Positions 1-10,546 of a stretch of DNA of 64,000 bases are shown here, one piece after another (position 1 is the stretch's first letter; each line of letters begins with the position of its first letter). The stretch lies in IMG/VR virus record IMGVR_UViG_3300032332_002377. One strand, given 5' to 3'. The stretch is from a virus. Lineage: Duplodnaviria; Caudoviricetes. Under the pieces are notes generated by a model, which searched no databases, was not told the origin of the DNA, and saw only the letters and a program-made list of their open reading frames with translations. The translations under genes and the position numbers were made by a program.

Positions 1-1450
1 TTTTAAGTGTTTCTTCAAGAGTTTTATCTTCTTTATAATATAAATCTTGCCATTTTTTGAGTTGTTTAGCTACTGTATTTTGAGCATCTTCTGTACCCAA
101 AATACCAAAAGAATAAAAATTAGTAACACCTTCACCCAAAGCTTCCATGCCTTTTTCATATTTGTTTTTTGCAGTAATTTCACCCTTTTCTTCTTGTCTT
201 TGATTTGCTTTGTAAGTTTCATATGAAATTCCTAATTGTGCTAATGAATGCATAGCTCCTTCTATAATAGGAATTGCTTTAGATGCTGTGCCTGCAATAT
301 TTCTAGCGCCTTTGCTTTCTTGCAGGACTCCTTTTAAATTTTCTACCCTGCCTAGAGTGTTTTCTTTTAACCAAGCTGTTGCTTTAGACCATTGCTCTTC
401 AAACTTTACGCCTTCTTCCATTCCAACAGGGCCAACCATGTCTCTAATAATTTCTTTACCGCTGCTCTTTAGGTACTCAGGTAATTCTTTGGTTGCTTGT
501 ATAATATCTTCTATAATGGATGTCTTTACTTTTACTAACTCTTTAATATCTTCTGGTCTATAACCACGTTCTTTTAAATCTTTCAATGTAGCAGTTAGCT
601 GCTTATACATGCTATCAGGTTTATCAATATTTTCTATTATGCCATCGAGTTCTGTTATGCTTTTACTTAAAAATTCATCTTCACTTTTTGCTAGTACTTC
701 AATTTTCTTTGCATAGTCAAGCTCTTTCATGCTTCCTAACATTTCATCTACATTTATTTTTTTTCCATTTATAGCTTCATCAAATGCTTCTTTAAAGCCT
801 AAAGCTTTAGGATCTGTTGTTGCACCTCTTATAACTAGGTTCTCTATAGTTACTTCAATAGGCTCACCATTCCGAAGAGCTTCAGTTAGAGGGTCTGTTA
901 CTCTAGTTACAGGTTTTTTTGGTACTATTTCTGCTACATTTTCTGATGCTTTTGCAGCAGCTTCACCTGCTTTTTCTGCAGCCTGTGCAGCATCTTTTAC
1001 AGCTTCTATTATTTTGCCTTTTTCTCCACCTGCAATTAAATCTTTTAACAATTCAAATACACCCAATCCAGTTGCTAGAGTTCCTAACACTTTCAATAAA
1101 TCAGGTACCCATCCAAAAGAAGCTTCTTTTTTAACTGCTTTTGCCTGCACTTGCATGGTTTTAGGTAAAGCGGATTGAAATATACCTTTTAGTTTGTTTA
1201 ATGACTCTTCACTAAGACTGTCTATATTGATTGGAACAGCTTGATAAATTCTTTGTTTACGTCTTAATCTACTATAGCTACTTTTTTCGCGTTTTTCATC
1301 GTCCATATTCTCTTGAAATAAAGATGAAAACTGTTTTGTATTATTATCACTAGCTTTTGATTGAGAAGTGCTAAGAAAATTAAGAATACTGCTTACTTTT
1401 TGATCTAAAGTAGCGATATTATCAGTTATTAAACTTTCTGACTCAGTCAT
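1..1450 (-). CDS. Large virion protein, probably baseplate hub / tape-measure-like (gp29-like); runs off the window start
   Basis: Not in the ORF track. ATG at 1450 (MTESESLITDNIATLDQKV...); the frame read at both ends is consistent down to ...EDKTLEETLK at position 2. Ala/Glu/Lys-rich helical stretches; TAAATA 6 nt upstream; next to baseplate genes. Confidence 0.55.
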   Translation of the reverse strand, partial: MTESESLITDNIATLDQKVSSILNFLSTSQSKASDNNTKQFSSLFQENMDDEKREKSSYSRLRRKQRIYQAVPINIDSLSEESLNKLKGIFQSALPKTMQVQAKAVKKEASFGWVPDLLKVLGTLATGLGVFELLKDLIAGGEKGKIIEAVKDAAQAAEKAGEAAAKASENVAEIVPKKPVTRVTDPLTEALRNGEPIEVTIENLVIRGATTDPKALGFKEAFDEAINGKKINVDEMLGSMKELDYAKKIEVLAKSEDEFLSKSITELDGIIENIDKPDSMYKQLTATLKDLKERGYRPEDIKELVKVKTSIIEDIIQATKELPEYLKSSGKEIIRDMVGPVGMEEGVKFEEQWSKATAWLKENTLGRVENLKGVLQESKGARNIAGTASKAIPIIEGAMHSLAQLGISYETYKANQRQEEKGEITAKNKYEKGMEALGEGVTNFYSFGILGTEDAQNTVAKQLKKWQDLYYKEDKTLEETLK

Positions 1451-1476
1451 TTAAAATATTTAATGAATATTATAAA

Positions 1477-2202
1477 TTAGAGTGTGAAAAGTGTTGGATC
1501 AATGCTTATATTATAGTATTTGTTGTTAACTGTAAACAATGTTCTATCAAAATCTTTTAACTTGTTAATATGATCTACTACTTTGGAAGATATAACAATA
1601 GGCAGTTTTTCTGCTACTTGAAGTTTTTGATTAAACGTCAATTCATCAAAATTAATAGTGGCTTTGGGTGTTTTAACTGTTTTTATATATTTTATAATTT
1701 CATTTAAATACAAACTACCGAGATAATTAGCTTGATCATTTAAAATAATTTTTTTTGACTCAAAATTTATATTTTTATCTTTTATTAAGGTGGGTATCTC
1801 AATGTTAACAGTTATATCACTGTCTTCTAATTGTGTGGATTTTAATTCATTAGGTAAAGCAATATTATTTGAAAGAATGGGTGTAATGTCAAAAGATTCA
1901 GAGCCAAGTGTTCTATAATTCTTTGATAAAGATTGTGCTCTTAAGCAAGTTAATATATAATTTTTATCGCTAGCAAGTAAATTCAAATTTTTTTCTATTA
2001 AATTAGTTTGAATATACTCTGTTGTGAGTATGGAAAAACCAATACCTGCATTTTCTTTTTCTAAAGCACTTTGAATTGCTTCTTTTTGTTGTTTTGCAGT
2101 AAATCCTGTGAATTTAGTTTTAACGTTTAATGATGGTATGAATATTTCATACTGTCTTGTGACTTCATTTAAAGAGTTGAGTATGTCGCTAAAATTATTC
2201 AC
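1477..2202 (-). CDS. Baseplate hub assembly protein (gp26-like)
   Basis: N-terminal YEIFIPSL..KFTGFTAKQQK pattern of the gp26 family; position in tail module. Confidence 0.6.
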   Translation of the reverse strand: MNNFSDILNSLNEVTRQYEIFIPSLNVKTKFTGFTAKQQKEAIQSALEKENAGIGFSILTTEYIQTNLIEKNLNLLASDKNYILTCLRAQSLSKNYRTLGSESFDITPILSNNIALPNELKSTQLEDSDITVNIEIPTLIKDKNINFESKKIILNDQANYLGSLYLNEIIKYIKTVKTPKATINFDELTFNQKLQVAEKLPIVISSKVVDHINKLKDFDRTLFTVNNKYYNISIDPTLFTL

Positions 2203-3063
2203 TTAACTACTTATAGGTTTTTTGGAGTTATCCATGGCTTTGCGTGTTTCTTGTGTTTTTTTAGTCATCTCTTCTGTAAAGTTATTAATTAAAATGATAT
2301 TTTCTGTTAGTGTGTTGTTATCCGCATAAAAAGCATCAAAATTTAATTTGTTTACTAGTGCGTATTGAATATCGTAAAGATTCTTTAGGTCAACAGTAAG
2401 AAGTAACTTCAAAGTTTCAAATAATGACAAGTTGAATGGGTTGATACGTATTTTATTGTTATCATCAATGGATAGAACAATATTATTAAATGAATTTTCA
2501 ATGTGTTGTTTGGTTTTGTTGATATCGTTTATTACATCAGCAGGCAATTTCTCAAAAACTGTGCGTTTTTCTTCTACTGTAAATGCATTAAAATCAATTA
2601 TTTTATTTTCAGTAGATGTTTTGATAATAACCTCATCAATACTGTTTAGTAGTATATCAAAAATATTATTAAATAGTAATGATTTAGGTAACGACAATTT
2701 AATATTAAAAGTATCTGTATCAATTTCGTAATTGCTATCAAGTTTAACATTAAAAAAAGAATTGTAAACAGGCAGTAAGTTAACTTTTGTTACTAAGTTT
2801 TGTTGCTTGAGTTCAATTTCAGGAGAAACAGAAGCTAAGCGCAATAAAAACAGCAAGCAAAATTTATCATAATTTGTTAATATATTAGTAGCATCAAAAT
2901 TTTTAATATTTTCTTTTAAAATGTTTTCAAAACATAAATTAATTGCTTCATCATCTTTATTCTGTATAAATTTATTAAGAGTTCTGAGTTGTTTAAAGGT
3001 AAGTTCTTTTATAAACACCTTTTTTTTACTTAAAATTGTGGTGTAGCTTAGGAAAAAATCCAT
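2203..3063 (-). CDS. Baseplate hub assembly protein (gp26/gp51-like paralog)
   Basis: Architecture similar to neighbour (KELTFKQ..., DKFCLLFLLR.ASV); tail module. Confidence 0.5.
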   Translation of the reverse strand: MDFFLSYTTILSKKKVFIKELTFKQLRTLNKFIQNKDDEAINLCFENILKENIKNFDATNILTNYDKFCLLFLLRLASVSPEIELKQQNLVTKVNLLPVYNSFFNVKLDSNYEIDTDTFNIKLSLPKSLLFNNIFDILLNSIDEVIIKTSTENKIIDFNAFTVEEKRTVFEKLPADVINDINKTKQHIENSFNNIVLSIDDNNKIRINPFNLSLFETLKLLLTVDLKNLYDIQYALVNKLNFDAFYADNNTLTENIILINNFTEEMTKKTQETRKAMDNSKKPISS

Positions 3064-3971
3064 TATAAGAAACCTAGAGGATTAATACTACCAATACCAT
3101 TTTGAAACGATGTAATTCTGGGTATATCGCCATTTGAAACTCTGTTTACTATATCTTGAACAGGTAGATATAGACTGTTCTCAATAGTATAATTAGAGTA
3201 AGTCCATCGGGTTGCAAAATTATTAACTGTTTCTGTCTCGTAATTAAAGCTCTGCTCACCTATATTATAGGGCATACAATTATAAAACGTCCAAACTTTA
3301 CGAGGTATCATGGATATACTATTTAAAGTGCGTCCATATTGAAGCAACGTCATGTTGCATTTCATATTTTTAAAGTCTCTAGTTCCATTTACATCAGCTG
3401 GTCTGGAAACCATGCCAAAATGTGACCCCAGAATTACCCAAGGTCTTATTACATGATCAATAAATGATGTGTTTGTGTCTCTAAATTCTATGGTTAATGA
3501 GTGCGGTTCAGTTTGTCTATTACTTCCTAAAATTCCTGGTAGAAAGCCTCTATTGTTTGGTACAGAAGCTGAATCTATGTTGTATTGTTCTGCAGGTATT
3601 GATATTGAATTAGCAAATAAACATCCAATTATTCTTTGCAAAGGAAAACTTTTTAAAATAGAAACAGAGGTAGAAATATCCCAGCCTTTTTTGCTTCCAT
3701 CTACAATTTCTAATCCTTGTATAATATCTGATCTAAGCGCAACAGGATAGTTATCTATAACAATAATCCATTGTGTTGACATGGGAATCGAGGTAAACCA
3801 CGATTCCATTTGAAATAAAAAATAGTCCCTTGGACTTATTAACGGTACACCAGGTATGTTAAATCCAAATAACTCAGATATTTGAGGTGCAAAAGAAGGA
3901 TTTGTACCTTTAAAGAGACCTGTAAAGTTTTCTTGGAGACCTTGGAGTGCTGAGGTGAACGGATTATTCAC
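3063..3971 (-). CDS. Baseplate-tail tube junction / tube initiator (gp48/gp54-like)
   Basis: Tube-fold signature (SISIPAE..., LTIEFRDT, WTFYNCMP, F.TRWTY); adjacent to tail tube. Confidence 0.6.
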   Translation of the reverse strand: MNNPFTSALQGLQENFTGLFKGTNPSFAPQISELFGFNIPGVPLISPRDYFLFQMESWFTSIPMSTQWIIVIDNYPVALRSDIIQGLEIVDGSKKGWDISTSVSILKSFPLQRIIGCLFANSISIPAEQYNIDSASVPNNRGFLPGILGSNRQTEPHSLTIEFRDTNTSFIDHVIRPWVILGSHFGMVSRPADVNGTRDFKNMKCNMTLLQYGRTLNSISMIPRKVWTFYNCMPYNIGEQSFNYETETVNNFATRWTYSNYTIENSLYLPVQDIVNRVSNGDIPRITSFQNGIGSINPLGFL

Positions 3972-3983
3972 CTAATTATTTAA

Positions 3984-4532
3984 TTAACTTAGTTTTCTCC
4001 AGTAGTGAAATGAGATGGTAGAAGTAAATTCAATTGTATTACCTGTACCTTCAGATATGTTATACTGTAGAGGACCAACGCTTCTTACTGAAACACCAAC
4101 CAATTGATATTGAGCTGTTTTGTTCATCTGATTATCAAGCTGAACAAGATCAATAATGGCTGTCTGCTTGGGAGCAAAATAATTTCCTGTGGAATTTGCA
4201 TCATTAAAAATGTCCTGTGACCACTGTTCAAATTTTTGACGAATTTTGGACTGTGAATCTGCGTAGAAAGTCAAAGGCCAAGCATCAGAACCAGGATATG
4301 TAGCATTTCCAGGTATATTAAAATTTAATCCCATGTAAGGAACTGTAACATTGCTAATTGCACGCTCAGGCAGAGTAGCAGTCTTTACATACACTAAATC
4401 ATCCTGATCAAACTCTACGCTTGAAGCACCACCAGTATTAATGGATAGTACACGGAAGTTATAATCGCGAGCAAATTCTCTATTTTGCGCTACTCTATAA
4501 AAGTCAGTAATTAATTGATTTACATCAGCCAT
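3984..4532 (-). CDS. gp19: Tail tube protein
   Basis: VPYMGLNFNIPGNATY, WPLTFY, QLDNQM, IEFTSTISFHYW; 182 aa directly after sheath. Confidence 0.9.
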   Translation of the reverse strand: MADVNQLITDFYRVAQNREFARDYNFRVLSINTGGASSVEFDQDDLVYVKTATLPERAISNVTVPYMGLNFNIPGNATYPGSDAWPLTFYADSQSKIRQKFEQWSQDIFNDANSTGNYFAPKQTAIIDLVQLDNQMNKTAQYQLVGVSVRSVGPLQYNISEGTGNTIEFTSTISFHYWRKLS

Positions 4533-4556
4533 AAAATTATTTATTCCCCTTCATGT

Positions 4557-6911
4557 TTATGAGACTATCTCCTGGAAGCTCACACCTGTGCGTGTGGCAT
4601 AGAAGTTAGCTAGAATAAATTCTGCTGATCTTGTAGGCTTGACATAGATGTCAATTACAAGTGTGTTGTTATCAATTACATCGGGTGTATTGTTTCTTTC
4701 GTCACAAATGATTAGGTAGTCATATATACCCTGTGTATTTTTAGCATTATCAAAAATAGGTGTTAGTGTATTAATTACTTGTGTTCTTGTGAAGAGTGTA
4801 TTAGGCTCAAACACAAAGTATTTAACAGTGTTCTTTGTGGCTGTCTCCAGGCTCAAGAATAATCTACGTACATTAATTCTATCAAAGGCGCTTGGCTTCT
4901 TTTGCAAGGTCTTCTGACCATATACTACAAAGCCTTCACCTGGGAAGAATGCAACAGGATTCATGTTAATCTTGTAAAGCTGGTCGCGTTGCTTTTGCTT
5001 GGGGAACAATCCGAGATCTGTAACACCAGTTACAACACCTCTTGTGAAACCAGCAGGAGCATACCAAGGCTGATAATTGCTATCTGTATTGCCCATTAGA
5101 GCAGCTGCAAATCCTGAGAAAGGAACCCAAACTTCTTGAGCAGAAGCTATATCAGATACCTTAACACAATTTGCATAAGCACAAACATAGCTAGAATTGA
5201 TTGCTGCAAATTGATTTCTCAATGCCCAGTAGATGTCAGTAGAGAATGTCTTGGTGGGATCATCAAGTGTCTTGATATTCTGACCTTCAACAAATATGTT
5301 TGTGAGAGGATCTGCAATATAGATCAAGTCTTTTCTCTTAGTTTCTGCAAAAGATACAAACTCTTGTGAAACTGCATTGTAATGATTAATTACATCAGAA
5401 GTTGCACCAGCATTTTGTGAAGTTAATCCAGCTAGAATTGAGGAGTAACCTACAGTATCATCAAAATATCCGCTGGTTGCAGGATTAAAGGAATTGACAT
5501 AAATGGTTCCAAGGCCTGCTTCAACTGAAATATTGAATGCATAAATGTCAGAGTTTTCAACTTTATCAAATAGTGAGTTAAGCTTGGAAGGCACATTGCC
5601 AATTACTTTGGTGTCTATATCTTGTGATGTATAATCACCTAGAGCAACTAGAGCATCAGTTGTGCCAATAGTAGTATTAAATGCTAATACAGCAGCACTT
5701 GGAGCTCCAACACGTGTTGCATATCCATCAGCTGTTTCACCAGGTAGTGAAGTGGCTAGATGTGAGCCAAGGAAACGTACTTTCTTAGTAGGTATACCGG
5801 CATCATTTAGCCAGCTATTACCAAGCTTATTAGAAATAAATGGATTGATTAGTGTGGTGATTTGTGAAGAATTGTTGTCTAGTGCTTCAATGAAGAAGCT
5901 CTTAGCAGGTCCACCATTAGTATCATTTATTTGACGGTATGTATCAAATGATCCTAGATAGCTTTCTTCTAGAACATAATCCAAAGCAATTGTATCTGGT
6001 GAAAATACAGACTGGCGTAACTTAAAGATACCAAATACTGCAGTATCATCAAATTGATTGCTGTAAATGTCAAAGGATGGTATGTTTTCTAATGCTTCAG
6101 ATACACTAGAACCAACACCTGTTTGTCCAGCAGAGAGAGGAAATGCTAATCTTGCATCAGGCAATGTTACATAATCACCACCAGAAATTATATTGGCTTC
6201 TGTATTGATTGAAAGTATTCTGTTGACATCATCAAAAGGTGTTGCAGGGTTGAGGTTAGTGTTGTCAATAACACCAACATAATAACCTTCATAGCGGCTA
6301 TTGATGGAAGATTGAGACTTATTTAAAATAATAAGACCTGCATTGCCTAAATCACTGATAGAACCGAATGATGATTTGAATCCATTTGATGCACTGCTAT
6401 TGGGGCTCCAAGTAAATGCTGTGCCACGCAAAATATCAAGATAATCTTCTTTTGAAAGCTTTACGTGTGTGGGTTTACCGAAAAGATATGTGGCACTAGC
6501 ACCTGCTAGGTTAGTATTATTGTAAGCACCAGCTGTTAGTGGTGTATAGTCTGTGGACGCTGCAGCACTTGTGCCAGGATAATATGCGGCAACAGGATAA
6601 ACTAATGCTGTATAATTGTCTGTTGCTGTGATGCCTGAACCTGTACCATATGGTAAGCGGTAAACAATAACATCAGAAGGGCTTTGAAAAGCTGCTTTTA
6701 CTGTGTGGTAAAAATATCTTTCAGCGGCATTTGTTGGTGTACCGTAAATTTGTTCAAATTCTGAGAGACTTGCTACAGCAATAGTTTCTGCAACAGGTCC
6801 TTTTGGTGCAAAACCAGGAATTAATATTGAGGTTGTTCCTGTTGGTGCTTGTCTTAATGAAAGATCTACTTCTTGAATTTGAACGCCGGGGCTTTGAATC
6901 GTACGTGCCAT
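4557..6911 (-). CDS. gp18: Contractile tail sheath protein
   Basis: SPGVQIQEVDLS N-terminus; PWYAPAGFTRG; AFDRINVRRLF; FVFEPN. Confidence 0.97.
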   Translation of the reverse strand: MARTIQSPGVQIQEVDLSLRQAPTGTTSILIPGFAPKGPVAETIAVASLSEFEQIYGTPTNAAERYFYHTVKAAFQSPSDVIVYRLPYGTGSGITATDNYTALVYPVAAYYPGTSAAASTDYTPLTAGAYNNTNLAGASATYLFGKPTHVKLSKEDYLDILRGTAFTWSPNSSASNGFKSSFGSISDLGNAGLIILNKSQSSINSRYEGYYVGVIDNTNLNPATPFDDVNRILSINTEANIISGGDYVTLPDARLAFPLSAGQTGVGSSVSEALENIPSFDIYSNQFDDTAVFGIFKLRQSVFSPDTIALDYVLEESYLGSFDTYRQINDTNGGPAKSFFIEALDNNSSQITTLINPFISNKLGNSWLNDAGIPTKKVRFLGSHLATSLPGETADGYATRVGAPSAAVLAFNTTIGTTDALVALGDYTSQDIDTKVIGNVPSKLNSLFDKVENSDIYAFNISVEAGLGTIYVNSFNPATSGYFDDTVGYSSILAGLTSQNAGATSDVINHYNAVSQEFVSFAETKRKDLIYIADPLTNIFVEGQNIKTLDDPTKTFSTDIYWALRNQFAAINSSYVCAYANCVKVSDIASAQEVWVPFSGFAAALMGNTDSNYQPWYAPAGFTRGVVTGVTDLGLFPKQKQRDQLYKINMNPVAFFPGEGFVVYGQKTLQKKPSAFDRINVRRLFLSLETATKNTVKYFVFEPNTLFTRTQVINTLTPIFDNAKNTQGIYDYLIICDERNNTPDVIDNNTLVIDIYVKPTRSAEFILANFYATRTGVSFQEIVS

Positions 6912-6955
6912 ATAAAGTATTTATTTATTTTGTGATAAAGTTTTTGAAAAAAAGA

Positions 6956-7582
6956 TCAAAGATTATCAACATTTTCTACAAGCTTCACAATAAACTGTGA
7001 ATATGCAAAGGTAAATGAGGTTTCTATCTCTTCTGAAGTGCGATAATTTAAATTCATTCCGCCTAAAGACGTGGGAAATGATTTTTTAAACAAAAATTCT
7101 ACAACGCGTTTATCATATTCATCTAGAAGAAATATAGAAATGTCAGTTGAATACTCGGCTATTGAATCAATAGAAGGTTTTATGTTTCTCAATTCAGCAG
7201 GTCTGTTGGTAAGATTTTTAAAGTCATATAAGCCTGTTTCAGCATCATTTAAAAGATTTAGCCAAGAATATAATACCCAATAATTGTTCATTCTATTATC
7301 TACAGTAAAATTAACTGTGACTGGTTCCCACAGAGGCCTGTGAAAGCTTGATTGCACATAGCTTTGTCCACCATATATTATGTCAACTTGAGGTATGACA
7401 ATTTCAGGTATAGTAGCACCATAAACTGAAAATTGCATAGTGGGCAAATTAACATTATCTTCACCTCTTATAAATTTAGAATTAATTTTTTTAAGAGAAT
7501 CAGGTAAATTCAAGACAAGTAGAAACCTATCTTTACGTAATTTATTAAAAGGGCTTTGTTTATAATCTTGTTGATTAGCCAT
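6956..7582 (-). CDS. Tail completion / sheath stabiliser (gp3-like, tube fold)
   Basis: FTVDNRMNNYWVLYSW, FPTSLGGMNL..., TFAYS motifs. Confidence 0.7.
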   Translation of the reverse strand: MANQQDYKQSPFNKLRKDRFLLVLNLPDSLKKINSKFIRGEDNVNLPTMQFSVYGATIPEIVIPQVDIIYGGQSYVQSSFHRPLWEPVTVNFTVDNRMNNYWVLYSWLNLLNDAETGLYDFKNLTNRPAELRNIKPSIDSIAEYSTDISIFLLDEYDKRVVEFLFKKSFPTSLGGMNLNYRTSEEIETSFTFAYSQFIVKLVENVDNL

Positions 7583-9275
7583 TTAAAAGAGTCCAACCTC
7601 CTTGCTGCAGTTCATCAATATCATTGTTCTGTTCTTCATTATTGCCCTTAATGATAACTGGCGATGGCACATAATCTGTTTTATTTTTTTCATTGTTGTA
7701 TATGCTGTTGGGGTTTATGAAATATTTAATACCATAGTCTAGTGATTTTATCTTTAATGGCTTCTTATTATCATCATATTCTTGAACTTCAAAATATTTC
7801 TCTGCTAATTCATTTTCAAGAATTACTAGAGCCCATACTAACGACATTACTCTGTCATCCCAGTTATCAGCTCCTGGTCTTGCACCCCATGTACCATTGG
7901 AGTAGCGAATAAAGTTTTTTAACTCTATAAGAGTGTTGATATCACGAATTTTTATAGCGCGCAACTCATTTAACCAGTAACGCATATTAGTCACACCTTT
8001 ATACTTGGTATTTGTATGTGCTTGAACACCTATTTTATCAGTAGATTGTTTTGTACCATATGATACTATATTTTCATAATGCAGTGTATTTTTTAATTGA
8101 TCAACAACTTGTGCACCACAGTTGTTTCTTTCAATCATAGCTAATGGTGATCCCCAGTGCTGAAGAATTTCATAAAGCTTAGATGTAAAATTATAAGGAG
8201 AAATATTTCTATTGTGGTAACAAGCAACTTGTTCTATGTTTCTTAAATTTGTAATATCAAATATTTGAATAACACTAGCTGCAGCTCCAACACCTTCACT
8301 TATATCAACACCAGCTACATATATTCTATCTTGTTTGTATGAATCCCAGAGGTGATACTTGCCATCATCATAAACAAAATCTGGCTCCCTAATATCAATC
8401 TTCATTTCCTCAAACATTTTTTCATTTACAGAGCTTTCCCCAGTTTGGATAAACACATTACCAAATTCTTGATCAAAAGCTTCTACACTGCCTAAAGATC
8501 TAATTGTTTTTTCTTTCCATTCTTCATCACGGCCTGGAACCTCCCACCAATCTACTCTTTCTGCTCTCCAGTCATTTTTATTTTCAATTGCACCTTGATA
8601 AAGTTCATAAAACAAATTATCTGTACCATTAGGCGTACTAGCTATAAAGATTTTAGATTTTTTAGAGCTAGATATAATAGGGTATACGGAACGCCAGAAT
8701 TGCTCAACTAGATGATTGTCGATAAATGCTAACTCGTCTAAGATTAAGCAGTTAACAGATGAGCCTCTACCTGCATCAGATGATGTTGTTGAAATGCCAA
8801 TGCTACTCCCATTTCCTAACGTCATGGATGTTTTACCATACTCTACAGCACCAGGTTTGAGATAGTTGGGTAACTGCTCATAAGCCAGTCTAACGCGTTT
8901 AAAGATATTGATAGCTGTACTTTCTTTATTAGCCACAATCAGTATATTTTGGTCTTCATTAAAGCATGCTATCCAAAGGGCATATATGGTGAGTAGTGTA
9001 GATTTACCAATTTGTCTGCTAGCTAATAAAATACAAAATCTGTTATCTCTTAAAGATCGTAAAATTTTTCTCTGATAGTTATATAATTGTATCTGTTCTT
9101 TACCTCGATCTAAATTTACAATATAAAAAAAGTTTTCTGCAAAATATAATATGTTCTTTCTACATTTTTGAATGTCTGCTATCCACTGAGGGTTAGAAGC
9201 ATAATCAAACTCTGCATTTATTGTAGGTAGATTCTTATTACCTAAGTAAAATTGTTTAGAGTTCTTTTCGTTCAT
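7575..9275 (-). CDS. gp17: Terminase large subunit
   Basis: Walker A SRQIGKS, Walker B LILDELAF, STPNG motif C, nuclease GVDISEG ... DDRVMS. Confidence 0.97.
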   Translation of the reverse strand: MNEKNSKQFYLGNKNLPTINAEFDYASNPQWIADIQKCRKNILYFAENFFYIVNLDRGKEQIQLYNYQRKILRSLRDNRFCILLASRQIGKSTLLTIYALWIACFNEDQNILIVANKESTAINIFKRVRLAYEQLPNYLKPGAVEYGKTSMTLGNGSSIGISTTSSDAGRGSSVNCLILDELAFIDNHLVEQFWRSVYPIISSSKKSKIFIASTPNGTDNLFYELYQGAIENKNDWRAERVDWWEVPGRDEEWKEKTIRSLGSVEAFDQEFGNVFIQTGESSVNEKMFEEMKIDIREPDFVYDDGKYHLWDSYKQDRIYVAGVDISEGVGAAASVIQIFDITNLRNIEQVACYHNRNISPYNFTSKLYEILQHWGSPLAMIERNNCGAQVVDQLKNTLHYENIVSYGTKQSTDKIGVQAHTNTKYKGVTNMRYWLNELRAIKIRDINTLIELKNFIRYSNGTWGARPGADNWDDRVMSLVWALVILENELAEKYFEVQEYDDNKKPLKIKSLDYGIKYFINPNSIYNNEKNKTDYVPSPVIIKGNNEEQNNDIDELQQGGWTLLNG

Positions 9276-9293
9276 TTATATAAATATTTACAC
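9276..9293. promoter_or_regulatory. Overlapping divergent late promoters (TATAAATA on +, TAAATA on -)
   Basis: 18-bp gap between terL ATG (9275) and ATG 9294; TATAAATA at 9279-9286; T4 gp55 consensus. Confidence 0.75.
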
Positions 9294-10166
9294 ATGAATC
9301 TAACACGTACAATGAAAGATATGGAAAAAGTATATTCGGAAAAAGTTAATTTTCCACCTAAAGGCACTTTTGAGCTAGCTAAGACAGCAAAAGAGAAGAA
9401 GAAACCTTTTATAGGCAAGCCTACAGGGCCTGAAGCTTCTGTTGGTTTCAATAAAACAATATCTGACCCCAAAGACTTAAAAGGCAAAGAAACATTTCAA
9501 GGAACAGAAAAATTTTCTTCACAAAATTTTAATGAAAATAATGAAAAAATTGAGCAGAAGAATATAAATAATTTTATGAGCAAATCAATTTTTGATAAAC
9601 TATTTGAAGATGTAATGGGTGTTGACGGCGCTGATACAGACGCCAAAGACGCCATGGACCTCGGCGTTGGTGCCGAAGCTGATAAAGCTGAAGGAGGTGA
9701 TGTAACCTTTACATTGCCTCGTGATCTTGCTCAGAAACTTTGCGATGTACTTCATGAAGTACTAGAGACTGGTGCAGAAGAGACAATGGAGCATGAAGCT
9801 GAAGCCGAAGGTGAAGCTGAAGATGCAGAAGCTCCTGTTGCTGGTAGCGAAGATGCAGAAGAAAAAGAAGAAGAGAAAAAAGAAGAAGTTGCTGGTGAAG
9901 CAACTGAAATGACAGAGCTCAAGCCTTCCGCTGGTCAAACTTTGCAGGGCAAGAGCAATAAGGTTGGTGGAACAGTAGATAGCCTTGTTGCCAAGGGTGG
10001 TGGAGATGGTAAAGTTAAGAGTGAAGTTGATGGCAAAGGTAAGGATGAAGGACATGCCCTAGTTGGTAGCGGTGTTAAAGGTGGTGCTCCAACATCTCCT
10101 AAGGGAAAAGCCAATGTAGTAGCTGGTAAAGCTTCCAATGTTGGTCATTATCTTTTTCAAAAATAA
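9294..10166 (+). CDS. Acidic late protein, putative prohead core / internal head protein
   Basis: Start moved to ATG 9294, 7 nt after TATAAATA; Glu/Ala-rich centre, Gly/Lys-rich tail; second in-frame start at 9576. Confidence 0.6.
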   Translation: MNLTRTMKDMEKVYSEKVNFPPKGTFELAKTAKEKKKPFIGKPTGPEASVGFNKTISDPKDLKGKETFQGTEKFSSQNFNENNEKIEQKNINNFMSKSIFDKLFEDVMGVDGADTDAKDAMDLGVGAEADKAEGGDVTFTLPRDLAQKLCDVLHEVLETGAEETMEHEAEAEGEAEDAEAPVAGSEDAEEKEEEKKEEVAGEATEMTELKPSAGQTLQGKSNKVGGTVDSLVAKGGGDGKVKSEVDGKGKDEGHALVGSGVKGGAPTSPKGKANVVAGKASNVGHYLFQK

Positions 10167-10183
10167 TTGATTAACTTAAAAAT

Positions 10184-10217
10184 AAAAAAAGCCTAACGTA
10201 AGTTAGGCTTTTTTTTT
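10184..10217. terminator. Rho-independent terminator, potentially bidirectional
   Basis: A7-GCCTAAC-GTAA-GTTAGGC-T9: perfect 7-bp stem, GNRA loop, A/T tracts on both sides. Confidence 0.9.
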
Positions 10218-10231
10218 GATTAAATAATATT

Positions 10232-10546
10232 ATGACCTTTAGAGAATATTTTGATATTAATAAGATAGGTCCAAGACATCTTAAGAATGATGGTTTACTA
10301 AATACGTCAGTTCCTCATAAGCCCATAGCTGATATGCATAAAGTTAAGAAAGCAGATGGTACAGAAGAATTAAAAAACAATAATAAAAAGACTGTTATTT
10401 TAAACAATAGGGAAAAAATAAAAGAACTTTTACGTAAACATAATTATATTGCTACTCTTAAACCTGGTGAAACAAAGAAATTAATAGGTACTAGTATCTC
10501 AGTATCATTAAACCCTCAAGGAGGTTATATTCTAACTAATGACTAA
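10232..10546 (+). CDS. Small basic late protein with capsid-targeting-like N-terminus
   Basis: MTFREYFD; TAAATA 5 nt upstream. Confidence 0.6.
   Translation: MTFREYFDINKIGPRHLKNDGLLNTSVPHKPIADMHKVKKADGTEELKNNNKKTVILNNREKIKELLRKHNYIATLKPGETKKLIGTSISVSLNPQGGYILTND

Noticed and set aside
288-1178. Plus-strand ORFs of 71-149 aa in the track
   Set aside because: They are shadows of the long minus-strand gene that starts at 1450 and runs off the window. The same applies to most short antisense or overlapping ORFs in the track.
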